Assembly (NCBI GenBank): GCA_963749705.1
Contig: CAVVNQ010000004.1
Coordinates: 192,001-256,000, forward strand
Length of the DNA stretch: 64,000 nucleotides
Reading direction: 5' to 3'
Source of the DNA: an uncultured Chloroflexia bacterium
GTDB taxonomy: Bacteria > Chloroflexota > Limnocylindria > Limnocylindrales > CSP1-4
The notes beneath the pieces were generated by a model, which saw only the letters and a program-made list of their open reading frames with translations, searched no databases and was not told the DNA's origin. This document shows, in pieces, positions 29,819 through 38,429 of this stretch. How positions within the stretch are numbered: position 1 is the stretch's first letter; each line of letters opens with the position of its first letter. A program made the position numbers and the translations under genes.

Positions 29819-29959
29819 ATGAAGATGGTCATCGTTGCCGTATTCGCGCTCCTCGCGCTGTTCTCGATGATCAGCATTGTGCTGAGCGCCGAGGAGCCGC
29901 GAGGCTATAACGACCCGCACGACAATCCCTTCCTCTGGGCAGCGCTCGGCCGCCACTGA
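29819..29959 (+). CDS. Small (46 aa) membrane protein, hypothetical
   Basis: AAAGG RBS, hydrophobic N-terminal half, own promoter and downstream hairpin. Confidence 0.7.
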   Translation: MKMVIVAVFALLALFSMISIVLSAEEPRGYNDPHDNPFLWAALGRH

Positions 29960-29987
29960 TCCCGCGGCACTCAGCGTAACCCACGAA

Positions 29988-30011
29988 ACGCCCCGGTCTC
30001 GGCCGGGGCGT
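29988..30011. terminator. Hairpin between convergent genes (probable terminator)
   Basis: ACGCCCCGGT-CTCG-GCCGGGGCGT. Confidence 0.6.
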
Positions 30012-30057
30012 CGTCGTGTCCGGCGCATCGCCGGGCGATCGCTGCCCTCGGCCGTCG

Positions 30058-30375
30058 CTACCAGTCCCCCGCCGGAATGTGCCGCACCTGCTCGAGCCGG
30101 CCCGCGGGCAGGTGCGCCTCGAGGCACGTCACGCCGTCGACCCCGACCCGCGCATCGTGGGCCGTTCCCGCGGGCAGCTCCAGCCGGTCACCGACGGCGA
30201 GGGCGACCTCGTCGCCGCGGGCCGGAAGGCCGAACCGGATCGATCCGGCTGCGCACACGAGGACCTTGTCGTAGTCGTGCGCGTGGGCCGAGTACCGGTC
30301 GCCCGGACCGTTCGACCAGGCGCCCGGGGCCAGGCCCTCCGCCCGAAGCCGGTCGCCGAGGCCGTCGCGGGTCAT
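30058..30375 (-). CDS. Cupin-domain protein
   Basis: HAHDYDK...G...GD...P.G..H cupin motifs. Confidence 0.8.
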   Translation of the reverse strand: MTRDGLGDRLRAEGLAPGAWSNGPGDRYSAHAHDYDKVLVCAAGSIRFGLPARGDEVALAVGDRLELPAGTAHDARVGVDGVTCLEAHLPAGRLEQVRHIPAGDW

Positions 30376-30406
30376 CGGTCGCGGCCGTGGCCCATCACCT
30401 GGCCGC

Positions 30407-31609
30407 TCACCCCGCGACGCCGACCCCGATGATGCTGCCGACGGTGTACGTGACCGCCGCCGCAGCGGCGCCGAGGCCCAGCTGGCGGAAGCCCGAGAAC
30501 AGCAGGCTGCGACCCGTGAGCAGGCTCACGGCCGCTCCGACGCCGAACAGCGCGACCAGGCTGATCCCGAAGCTCACGCCGAAGATCACCGCGCCCCCAC
30601 CGAACAGGTACGGGATCACCGGAACGCTCGCGCCGACGCAGAACGACAGGAACGAGCCTGCGGCCGCACCCCATGGCGAACCGAGCTCGTCGGGATCGAG
30701 GCCCAGCTCCTCCCGGATCAGGGCGTCGAGCGCCGTGTCAGGATCCTCGAACATCCGGGCCGCGACGTGCTCTGCCTCGTCCCGCGGGAAGCCCTTGGCC
30801 GCGTACAGCGCCGCCAGCTCCTTCTGCTCCTCGTGGGGCATGGCCTCGAGCTCCGCGCGCTCCAGCTCGATCTGGCGCTCGAACAGCTCGCGCTGACTCT
30901 GCATCGAGATGTACTCGCCGGCCGCCATGCTGAAGGCTCCCGCCAGCAATCCGGCGATCCCCGCAAGCAGGATGAAGCCGCCCTGCCCGGACGCGCCGGC
31001 AACGCCCATCACCAGCGACAGGTTGGACACGAGCCCGTCCGAGACGCCGAAGATGCTGGCCCGGAGGGTCCCCGAGCGCGCGCTGCGATGCCACCGCTCC
31101 CCGCTCGCGATCTCGTCGGCCGCGTCGGGCGAATCCGTGTCGATCGTCGGGTGCTCCATCGAGCGAACGACCTCGGTGGCCCGGCCGGCCCGCTGTCGCT
31201 GCCCGTTGCCCGTCTGCTTCTGCGCATCGAGCCGCTTCCAGATCTCGGCGTGCTCGCGCTCGTCGGCGGCGATTGCCTCGATCTCGGGCGCCTGGGCCTG
31301 ATCTGCGTAGACGGCCTCCTCGTCGCCCTCGAGGGCCTTGACCAGGTCGGAGACCGCTCCCGTGCCGAAGGCTCGGGCGAGCAGGATGATCAGCCGGATC
31401 CGGACGCGGGGAGGACCGGCGGGGGGCACGATCGCCCCGAGCTCGGTGAGGCGACCGGCCCAGATCTCGGCATGCCGTCGCTCGTTGCGTGCGATCTGGC
31501 GGAAGGCGGCCGCCCGGCGACCATCCTTCTCGATCGCGGCGAGCGCGTCGTACAGGACGATGGCGTCCTGCTCGAGCTTGAGGTTTTCGAGGCTCTGCGC
31601 GATGTTCAC
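30407..31609 (-). CDS. VIT1/CCC1 iron transporter with N-terminal ferritin/rubrerythrin-like domain (MbfA-like)
   Basis: ExxH di-iron motifs (ERRH, EREH); FGVSDGLVSN and SMAAGEY motifs. Confidence 0.88.
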   Translation of the reverse strand: MNIAQSLENLKLEQDAIVLYDALAAIEKDGRRAAAFRQIARNERRHAEIWAGRLTELGAIVPPAGPPRVRIRLIILLARAFGTGAVSDLVKALEGDEEAVYADQAQAPEIEAIAADEREHAEIWKRLDAQKQTGNGQRQRAGRATEVVRSMEHPTIDTDSPDAADEIASGERWHRSARSGTLRASIFGVSDGLVSNLSLVMGVAGASGQGGFILLAGIAGLLAGAFSMAAGEYISMQSQRELFERQIELERAELEAMPHEEQKELAALYAAKGFPRDEAEHVAARMFEDPDTALDALIREELGLDPDELGSPWGAAAGSFLSFCVGASVPVIPYLFGGGAVIFGVSFGISLVALFGVGAAVSLLTGRSLLFSGFRQLGLGAAAAAVTYTVGSIIGVGVAG

Positions 31610-31730
31610 CCGTTCAAGGTACCCAACCTTGTCACGAGGCGGGGCGCGGGCGCGACGCTCGGTGCGAGGCCGCTCCGCACGGATCGACCTCGGGATGAGC
31701 GCTTTCGGCCGGGGGCCTACACTCGAGACC

Positions 31731-32732
31731 ATGAGCACGCTGGCGCCGATCCGCTACCTGTCTTCGTCCGACGTGACCGCGGCGATGCCGGCGCTGCCCG
31801 AGCGACTCAAGCTTGCGGAGATCGTGCTGCGCGGCCTCGCCGGACCCGCCGACCTGCCGCCCAAGATCGGGGTGCATCCGCGCCCGACGGGCGCCTTCGC
31901 CCACGCGATGCCGGCCTTCCTGCCGGGCCTGCGGCCGGATGGCTCCGATGACCGGCTGGGCATGAAGTGGGTGCTCGGGTTCGCGACCAATGGCTCGCTG
32001 GGGCTGCCGGCGATCCACGGGCTGCTGCTCCTCAACGATGCGCAGACCGGCCTGCCGACGGCGATCCTCGATGCCGGGCCGATCACCGCACAGCGGACCG
32101 CCGCCGTGTCCGGGGTCGCAATCCGGGCGTTTGCGCCCGCGGTCGTCGGACGGGCGCCGAGGGCGGCGCTCATCGGCGCCGGGGTGCAGGGCACGAGCCA
32201 CGTCCCGGTGCTGGGGCACGTCCTGCCCGGGGTCGAGCTGTCGGTGTTCGACCGAGACCCGGATCGCGCGGCCGCGCTGGCCGCGCTGGCTCGCACCACG
32301 CCCGGGATCGGCGCCGCGCAGGTCGCCGCGTCCGCCCGGGACGCGGTCGAGGGCACCGATGTGGTGGTCAGCGCGGCGTCGTTCGTCGCCCCACCGGAGC
32401 GCCAGGTCATGACCAACGCCTGGCTCACGGCCGAGGCACTGGTCGTGCCGGTCGACTACGCGACGTACTGCTCGGCGGCGGTCGCCCGCGGTGCGGGGCT
32501 GTTCCTCGTGGACCACACCGAGCAGTTCCTGGCCAATCGGGACGCGGGCAACTTCGACGGCTACCCCGACCCCATGGCGATGATCGGCGAGGCGCTCGCG
32601 GCCGGAACGGCACGGCCGCGCGGACGCGTCGTGGTCACGCACCTCGGGACCGGGCTCGCGGACGTGGTGTTCGGCGGCGCGATCCTGGAGACCGCGACGA
32701 CGCTCGGCCTGGGGACATTGCTCGACCGCTGA
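31731..32732 (+). CDS. Ornithine cyclodeaminase/mu-crystallin family imine reductase
   Basis: HAMPA, GMKWV, TAQRTAA, GAGVQG and G.GLAD motifs. Confidence 0.88.
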   Translation: MSTLAPIRYLSSSDVTAAMPALPERLKLAEIVLRGLAGPADLPPKIGVHPRPTGAFAHAMPAFLPGLRPDGSDDRLGMKWVLGFATNGSLGLPAIHGLLLLNDAQTGLPTAILDAGPITAQRTAAVSGVAIRAFAPAVVGRAPRAALIGAGVQGTSHVPVLGHVLPGVELSVFDRDPDRAAALAALARTTPGIGAAQVAASARDAVEGTDVVVSAASFVAPPERQVMTNAWLTAEALVVPVDYATYCSAAVARGAGLFLVDHTEQFLANRDAGNFDGYPDPMAMIGEALAAGTARPRGRVVVTHLGTGLADVVFGGAILETATTLGLGTLLDR

Positions 32733-32824
32733 ACCGCGGCGCACGGCGCCGGCCACCGGGGTCGAGGCGTGACGCCGATCGGACGCCGCCGGCAAACGGC
32801 GGCCCGCCGGTACCATGGGCCGCC

Positions 32825-33790
32825 ATGCGCCGCGATCGAGCCTTCGTCGTCGGGACCACCGCCGCCGTGGCCGGGGCCACCATGTTCGGAAGCCTCGGCC
32901 CCCTGTCCCGGTTCGCGGCGGACGCCGGGGTGGACGGCGTCGCATTCACCGCGTGGCGCGCCGTGCTGGGCGTTGCGTGCCTGGCGGTCCTGATCGTGCT
33001 GCGGGGCCGCGTCCGGACATCAGCCACCGCGCTCCGGAACCTGGGCGGCCGCGGGCGGCTCACGCTGACCGTCGCCGCGCTCATGGGCCTGACCCTCAAC
33101 GTGGCCATGTTCACCGCATTCGGGCGGATCCCGATCGCGCTCGCCCTGATGATGTTCTACACGTACCCGGCGGGGGTCGCATTCCTGGACGTCGTGCTCG
33201 GGCGGGAGCGGATCACGCCCTCGCGGATCGGTGCGCTCGGCCTGTCGTCGGTGGGCGTGGTCCTCGTGCTGGCCGGTGGCATGGACACCACGGCGGGGAT
33301 CACCGTCGACCTCCTGGGCATCCTGCTGGGGCTCTCGGCCGCCGCCAGCCAGGTCGTGTTCGTGACGATCAGCCGGAACGGATATCGCACCGTCCCGGCC
33401 GATGCCGCGACGCTGCTCATCCTGGTCACGTCGGCCGTCGGCGGAGCGCTGCTGGCGATCGTCGTCGGCCAGGCGGACGGCCTGGCCGCGCCGTTCCGGT
33501 CCCCCGATCCGTGGCCGGTGCTGCTGCTGGCCGGCATCGTGGCGGCGGGCATCGCATCGCTGCTGTTCCTCACCGCGGTCCGCTCCATCGGCGGCACCCG
33601 GACCGGGATCCTGATGCTCTGGGAGCCGGTGGTCGGCGTGCTCCTGGCCGGGCTGCTGCTGGGCGAGGCGCTGACCCCGATCCAGGCCCTGGGCGGCGTG
33701 CTCGTCCTGGCCGGTGCGCTCGTGCTCCAGCTGCGCTCCGATCCGGAGCTCGAGCCGGTGATCGAGCAGGGCGCCGGCCCGATCCTCTGA
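32825..33790 (+). CDS. EamA/DMT family transporter
   Basis: 10 TM segments; YTYPA and WEPV motifs. Confidence 0.88.
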   Translation: MRRDRAFVVGTTAAVAGATMFGSLGPLSRFAADAGVDGVAFTAWRAVLGVACLAVLIVLRGRVRTSATALRNLGGRGRLTLTVAALMGLTLNVAMFTAFGRIPIALALMMFYTYPAGVAFLDVVLGRERITPSRIGALGLSSVGVVLVLAGGMDTTAGITVDLLGILLGLSAAASQVVFVTISRNGYRTVPADAATLLILVTSAVGGALLAIVVGQADGLAAPFRSPDPWPVLLLAGIVAAGIASLLFLTAVRSIGGTRTGILMLWEPVVGVLLAGLLLGEALTPIQALGGVLVLAGALVLQLRSDPELEPVIEQGAGPIL

Positions 33791-33960
33791 GCCTCACGGC
33801 CTCAGGTCACCGCCCCGCTGCCGATGCACGCGCCGGTCCGAGGATCTACCGTAGACACGCTCGACGCCGCAGGCGCCGCCCGGCAACAGCTTCCGGCTCC
33901 GCAGGTCCGTCCCGCCGCCACTCGTCCAGATCGATCCGAAGCCGCATCCAGGAGGATCCG

Positions 33961-34668
33961 TTGATCCACGTCGAAGGGCTCGCGGGCCGCGTCGCGGTCG
34001 TGACCGGTGCAGGGCGCGGGATCGGCAAGCGCATCGCCGAGGTGCTCGCGGCGAACGGCGCGCTCGTGGCGGGGCTCGACCTGACCGCGCCCGAGCACGA
34101 GGGGGTGCTGGGCATCGAGTGCGACGTGAGCGACGAGACCGCCGTCGACGCCGCGTTCGCCGAGGTCGAGGCCCGGCTGGGCACGGTGTCGGTGCTGGTC
34201 CTCAATGCGGGAATCCTTCCCGTCGGGCCGTTCGTCGAGACCTCGACGGAGCTGTGGGAGCGAACCATCGCGATCAACCTCACCGGGGCGTTCTTCACGC
34301 TCCGCCGCGGGATCCCGGGCATGCGCTCGCTGGGCTACGGCCGGATCGTCGCCGTCGGCGCCGCGGCCGGCAAGTCGGGCGGGGCACGCTCGGCGGCGTT
34401 CGCGGCGTCGAAGGCAGGGCTGATGACCCTGACCAAGTCGATCGCCAGCGAGTTCGCTCGCGAGGGCATCACCGCCAACGCCGTCGCCCCCGCGCTCATC
34501 GATACCGACGTGATCGCGAGCACGCGCGAGCTTGCGGACCGGGTGCCGGTCGGCCGCCTGGGAACGACCGACGAGGTGGCCGCGGCGGTCGCGTTCCTGT
34601 GCTCCGAGCACGCCGGCTACATCACGGGCGAGATCCTGGACATCAACGGCGGCACCCTGATCGACTGA
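33961..34668 (+). CDS. SDR-family protein (FabG-like fold) lacking the catalytic Tyr and Ser
   Basis: TGAGRGIG, NAG and NAVAP motifs; FAASK instead of YxxxK; TTG start after AGGAGG. Confidence 0.85.
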   Translation: MIHVEGLAGRVAVVTGAGRGIGKRIAEVLAANGALVAGLDLTAPEHEGVLGIECDVSDETAVDAAFAEVEARLGTVSVLVLNAGILPVGPFVETSTELWERTIAINLTGAFFTLRRGIPGMRSLGYGRIVAVGAAAGKSGGARSAAFAASKAGLMTLTKSIASEFAREGITANAVAPALIDTDVIASTRELADRVPVGRLGTTDEVAAAVAFLCSEHAGYITGEILDINGGTLID

Positions 34669-34674
34669 CGGGCG

Positions 34675-35019
34675 TCAGGCGTCCTCGTTGACCTCGAGTG
34701 GGCCGTCGCCGACCTCGATCAGGACGCGGTCGCCATCGACGACGACGGGATACACGGCCAGTGGCAGCTCGGCCGGTGGATCGAGCGCCTCGCCGTCGGT
34801 CAGGTCGAACCGCGACAGGTGGAGCGCGCAGGTGAGCGTGCCGGCCGTCAGGAAGCCCCGGTCGAGCTCGAAGTACTCGTGCGAGCACGTCCCCTGGAGC
34901 GCGTGGAACTCGCCGTTGACGTGCACCACGAGCACGGGATCGCTCTGGTCGACCCACACCATGCGCATCTCGCCCTCGGCGACCTCATCGACGCCGATGA
35001 GGTCGATTCGCCGGCTCAC
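34675..35019 (-). CDS. Rieske [2Fe-2S] ferredoxin
   Basis: CSH...CALH Rieske motif; follows sufD. Confidence 0.9.
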   Translation of the reverse strand: MSRRIDLIGVDEVAEGEMRMVWVDQSDPVLVVHVNGEFHALQGTCSHEYFELDRGFLTAGTLTCALHLSRFDLTDGEALDPPAELPLAVYPVVVDGDRVLIEVGDGPLEVNEDA

Positions 35020-35050
35020 GCGAGCATCATGACGCGGGCGCGCTCCCGGA

Positions 35051-36451
35051 TCAGGCTGCGGTGGTGGCGCCGGCGCCGAAGCCCGACGTCCACTTCGCCT
35101 CGAGCGCGTCGCGGAGTCGCTCCTGCGCGTCCGCGAGCGGGACGCGCGCGACGACGGGCTCGAGGAAGCCCAGGACGATGAACTTCCGCGCCTCGTCGGG
35201 CGGGATCCCGCGGCTCTCGAGGTAGAACAGCTGGGTCTCGTCGATCGGGCCGACCGAGGACGAGTGTGCCGCGCGCCGGCAGTCCGGCTGGTCGATCTCG
35301 AGCGACGGGATGGCCACGGCACGCGCCGACTTCGACAGGTTCATCCCGAACTCGCCCAGGTAGCTGTCGGTGCCGACCGCCGACCGCTCGATCGTGATCA
35401 GGCCCTTCATGAAGCTTCGCGAGCGGTCCATGAGGGCGCCCTTCGACAGCAGCTGACCCGTGGTATCGCGTCCGAGGTGGCGCGTGTACGAGGTGAGGTC
35501 GTGGAGCTGCTCGCCGGCGCCGAACACGATCTCGGCCTGCTCGACGACGCTCCGGTCGCCGGCCAGCACGTTGTCCACCCGCGAGCGGACCAGCCGGCTG
35601 CCCAGCTGGGCGAGCGCCCAGCGCAGGTCCGCGGCCTCACCCAGCTCGGCGCGGCGCTGCTGGAACAGGACGTGATCCGGGCCGAGCTCCTGGAGGCTGG
35701 CCATCGCCAGCCGCGCATGGGCGCCCAGCCGGATCTCGGTGGTGCTCGAGAGCAGCGCCTGGGCACCGGCCACGACCCCGTCGGATGCGACGAGCTCCTC
35801 GACCACGGACGCCTCGGCGCCGTCGCCGAGCACGATCAGCGTGCGCGCGATGAGCGTGCGCGGTGCGCCAACGACCCAGCGCAGCACGATCGGGTGCTCG
35901 AGGCGGACGCCGGCCGGGACCAGCACGACGACGCCCTGCGACCACGCGGCGCGAGAGAGCTGCGCGAGCTTCTCACCGGCAGGGAGGAGGTTGCCGCCGG
36001 CGAGGAGCTCGCGCGCGAGGCCATCGTCGGTGCGCACCAGCTCGCCCAGGGTGAGGAGCCGGACGCCGGCCGCGCGGGCCTCGTCCGACAGCGCCGCGAT
36101 GGCGACCTCGGCCTCGTTGAGCTCGAGCAGCCCGGCGACGTCATCGGGGATCCCGGCGGCGCTGGCCGCATCGGCCGACGCCGCCTGCACGTACGGCGCC
36201 GCCGCGTCGAGGTCGGCTGCCCGCAGGTCCAGGTATGGCGTGTACAGCCGGTTGCTCTCGACGGCCAGCTCCTCGAACGCCGCGAGGGCGGCAAGGCGGT
36301 CATCACGCAGCCAGCGCGGCTCGTCGTGCGCGTCGGCGACCGATTCGACCAGCTCGCGGGTGACGAACGAGAACGGCAGGTCGGCCGGTCCTCGCCGGCG
36401 CGGCCTCGCGGCGCGACCGGCGGAGGTCGAGGGGTCCGCGACCTCCGTCAT
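35051..36451 (-). CDS. sufD: Fe-S cluster assembly protein SufD
   Basis: PSLEI...AHSSSVG...LFYLESRGI; ATGA overlap with sufB. Confidence 0.88.
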   Translation of the reverse strand: MTEVADPSTSAGRAARPRRRGPADLPFSFVTRELVESVADAHDEPRWLRDDRLAALAAFEELAVESNRLYTPYLDLRAADLDAAAPYVQAASADAASAAGIPDDVAGLLELNEAEVAIAALSDEARAAGVRLLTLGELVRTDDGLARELLAGGNLLPAGEKLAQLSRAAWSQGVVVLVPAGVRLEHPIVLRWVVGAPRTLIARTLIVLGDGAEASVVEELVASDGVVAGAQALLSSTTEIRLGAHARLAMASLQELGPDHVLFQQRRAELGEAADLRWALAQLGSRLVRSRVDNVLAGDRSVVEQAEIVFGAGEQLHDLTSYTRHLGRDTTGQLLSKGALMDRSRSFMKGLITIERSAVGTDSYLGEFGMNLSKSARAVAIPSLEIDQPDCRRAAHSSSVGPIDETQLFYLESRGIPPDEARKFIVLGFLEPVVARVPLADAQERLRDALEAKWTSGFGAGATTAA

Positions 36452-37851
36452 CCGAGCGAGCCGTCCATCTCGAGCTTGACGAGGCGGTTGAACTCGATCG
36501 CGTACTCCATCGGGAGCTCCTTGGTGAACACCTCGAGGAACCCCTGGATCACGAGGTTCTGGGCCTCGTTCTCGGTCAGGCCGCGGCTCATCAGGTAGAA
36601 GATCTGGTCGGCCGAGATCTTGCCGACGGTGGCCTCGTGGGTCATCGTCGTGTCGTCTTCCTGGATGTCGATGTACGGGTAGGTGTCGCTGCGGCTCTCG
36701 TCGTCGAGCATCAGCGCATCGCAGCGCACGCTGGCGGTGACCCCGGTCGCGCCCGGCGCCACCTTGAGCTGGCCGCGGTACGTCGCCCGCCCGCCATCCT
36801 TGGACACCGACTTGGACACGATCCGCGACGTCGTGTTGGGCGCCAGGTGGATGGCCTTGGCGCCGGTGTCCTGGTGCTGGCCACGGCCCGCGACCGCGAC
36901 CGAGATGACCTCGGCCCGGGCACCCTCGCCGCGCAGGTAGATCGCCGGGTACTTCATCGTCAGCCGGGAGCCGGTGTTCGCGTCCACCCACTCGACCGTG
37001 CTGTTGGCGTGCGCGTGGGCGCGCTTGGTCACCAGGTTGTAGACGTCGTTCGACCAGTTCTGGATCGTCGTGTAGCGGACCTTCGATCCCGGCAGCGCGA
37101 CGACCTCGACGACCGCGGCATGGAGCGAGTCCGTGGCGTAGATCGGCGCCGTGCAGCCTTCGATGTAGTGGACCTTGGCGCCCTCGTCGACGACGATCAG
37201 CGTCCGCTCGAACTGGCCGGTGTTCTCGCCGTTGATCCGGAAGTACGCCTGCAGCGGCAGCGGGACCTCGACGCCCTTGGGGACGTACACGAAGCTGCCG
37301 CCCGACCACACGGCGGAGTTCAGGGCGGCAAACTTGTTGTCCTCGGGCGGGACGACGGTGCCGAAGTGGGCGCGGAAGATCTCCGGGTATTCCTTGAGCG
37401 CCTGGTCCGTGCCCATGAACACGACGCCGATCTTGCTCAGCTCCTCGCGCACCGAGTGGTACACGACCTCGGAGTCGTACTGGGCGCCGACGCCGGCAAG
37501 GAACTTGCGCTCCGCCTCGGGGATCCCCAGCTTCTCGAACGTCGCCTTGATCTGCTCCGGGACATCGTCCCAGGACTTCTCCTCGCGCTCGGACGGCTTC
37601 CGGTAGTAGACGATCTTGGCGAGGTCGATGTCGTCGAGGCGTCCGCCCCAGCTGGGCATCTTCCGCTTCATGAAGTGGTCGTAGGCGCGGAGACGGAACT
37701 GGAGCATCCAGTCCGGCTCTTCCTTGAACCGGCTGATGTCCTCGACCGTGTCGCGCGTCAGCCCGCGCTTGGTCTCGCGCAGGTAGACGATGTCGTCATG
37801 GAAGGCGAACTTGTCGCGTTCGTCCTGGACGATTTCGCGGGTCGAGGTCAT
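36448..37851 (-). CDS. sufB: Fe-S cluster assembly protein SufB
   Basis: GQFERTLI, EGCTAP, RCDAL, HEATVG and FYLMSRG motifs. Confidence 0.96.
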   Translation of the reverse strand: MTSTREIVQDERDKFAFHDDIVYLRETKRGLTRDTVEDISRFKEEPDWMLQFRLRAYDHFMKRKMPSWGGRLDDIDLAKIVYYRKPSEREEKSWDDVPEQIKATFEKLGIPEAERKFLAGVGAQYDSEVVYHSVREELSKIGVVFMGTDQALKEYPEIFRAHFGTVVPPEDNKFAALNSAVWSGGSFVYVPKGVEVPLPLQAYFRINGENTGQFERTLIVVDEGAKVHYIEGCTAPIYATDSLHAAVVEVVALPGSKVRYTTIQNWSNDVYNLVTKRAHAHANSTVEWVDANTGSRLTMKYPAIYLRGEGARAEVISVAVAGRGQHQDTGAKAIHLAPNTTSRIVSKSVSKDGGRATYRGQLKVAPGATGVTASVRCDALMLDDESRSDTYPYIDIQEDDTTMTHEATVGKISADQIFYLMSRGLTENEAQNLVIQGFLEVFTKELPMEYAIEFNRLVKLEMDGSLG

Positions 37852-37939
37852 CGCTGCTCCGATCGCGGCGCGCCGCCGCGGGCTGCTGGGTGTCGGTGGT
37901 CCGGGAACGCCGCGACCGCCGGGGACGTGGGTCGCGGGC

Positions 37940-37982
37940 TAATCCCTAGTGGAATTATCGGAATTACCGGGCGATCCGTCAA
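37940..37982 (-). promoter_or_regulatory. suf promoter with an overlapping AT-rich imperfect palindrome (Rrf2/IscR/SufR-type operator candidate)
   Basis: TTGACG (37977-37982), 17 nt, then GATAAT (37954-37959); TAATCCCTAG-N7-ATCGGAATTA. Confidence 0.7.
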
Positions 37983-38336
37983 TCGAGGGTCACCTGGCAG
38001 CGCCGGAGCGGGCGGGCGGACGGACAGACGGGCGGGCGGCGTGCGCCCGGTCGGGCGGCGGGACCGCCTGCGGGACCTCGGTCCCTTTGTCCCTTCGCCC
38101 CTTCCAATCCATGACACATGTCCAGGACGCGAACGATGGCCATCGCGGGGGCGCCGTCGTGGCGGAAATCGTGCGGCGCCGTGCCGCTTCGCGCGCCGCG
38201 AGGCGCCGTCCTGCTGACGATCGCCCGCCAGGCGGTCATCTGGCAGGGACTGCGGCGCTGCAGACACGGAGCGGGTCGCGTCCGAACCAGGTTCCGGCGG
38301 CGAACGCTCGCCTCGCGGTCATCTGGCAGGAAGCGG

Positions 38337-38418
38337 CGGCGAGGAAGGGCGCCGCGCCCGCCGGCGAGGGAGGGCGCCGCGCCCGCCGGCGAGGAAGGGC
38401 GCCGCGCCCGCCGGCGAG
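38337..38418. repeat. 25-bp tandem repeat x3.3 downstream of eis
   Basis: CGGCGAGG(A/G)AGGGCGCCGCGCCCGC at 38337, 38362 and 38387. Confidence 0.9.
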
Positions 38419-38429
38419 CCCCTCCCCGA

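Noticed and set aside
31967-34668. Long N-terminal extensions of the EamA and SDR ORFs (607 aa, 617 aa)
   Set aside because: The extensions overlap upstream genes out of frame; the true starts are supported by a -10 box (32825) and an RBS (33961)
35051-37309. 752-aa ORF suggesting an extended SufD
   Set aside because: The upstream part is an alternative frame over sufB; SufD starts at the ATGA overlap at 36451
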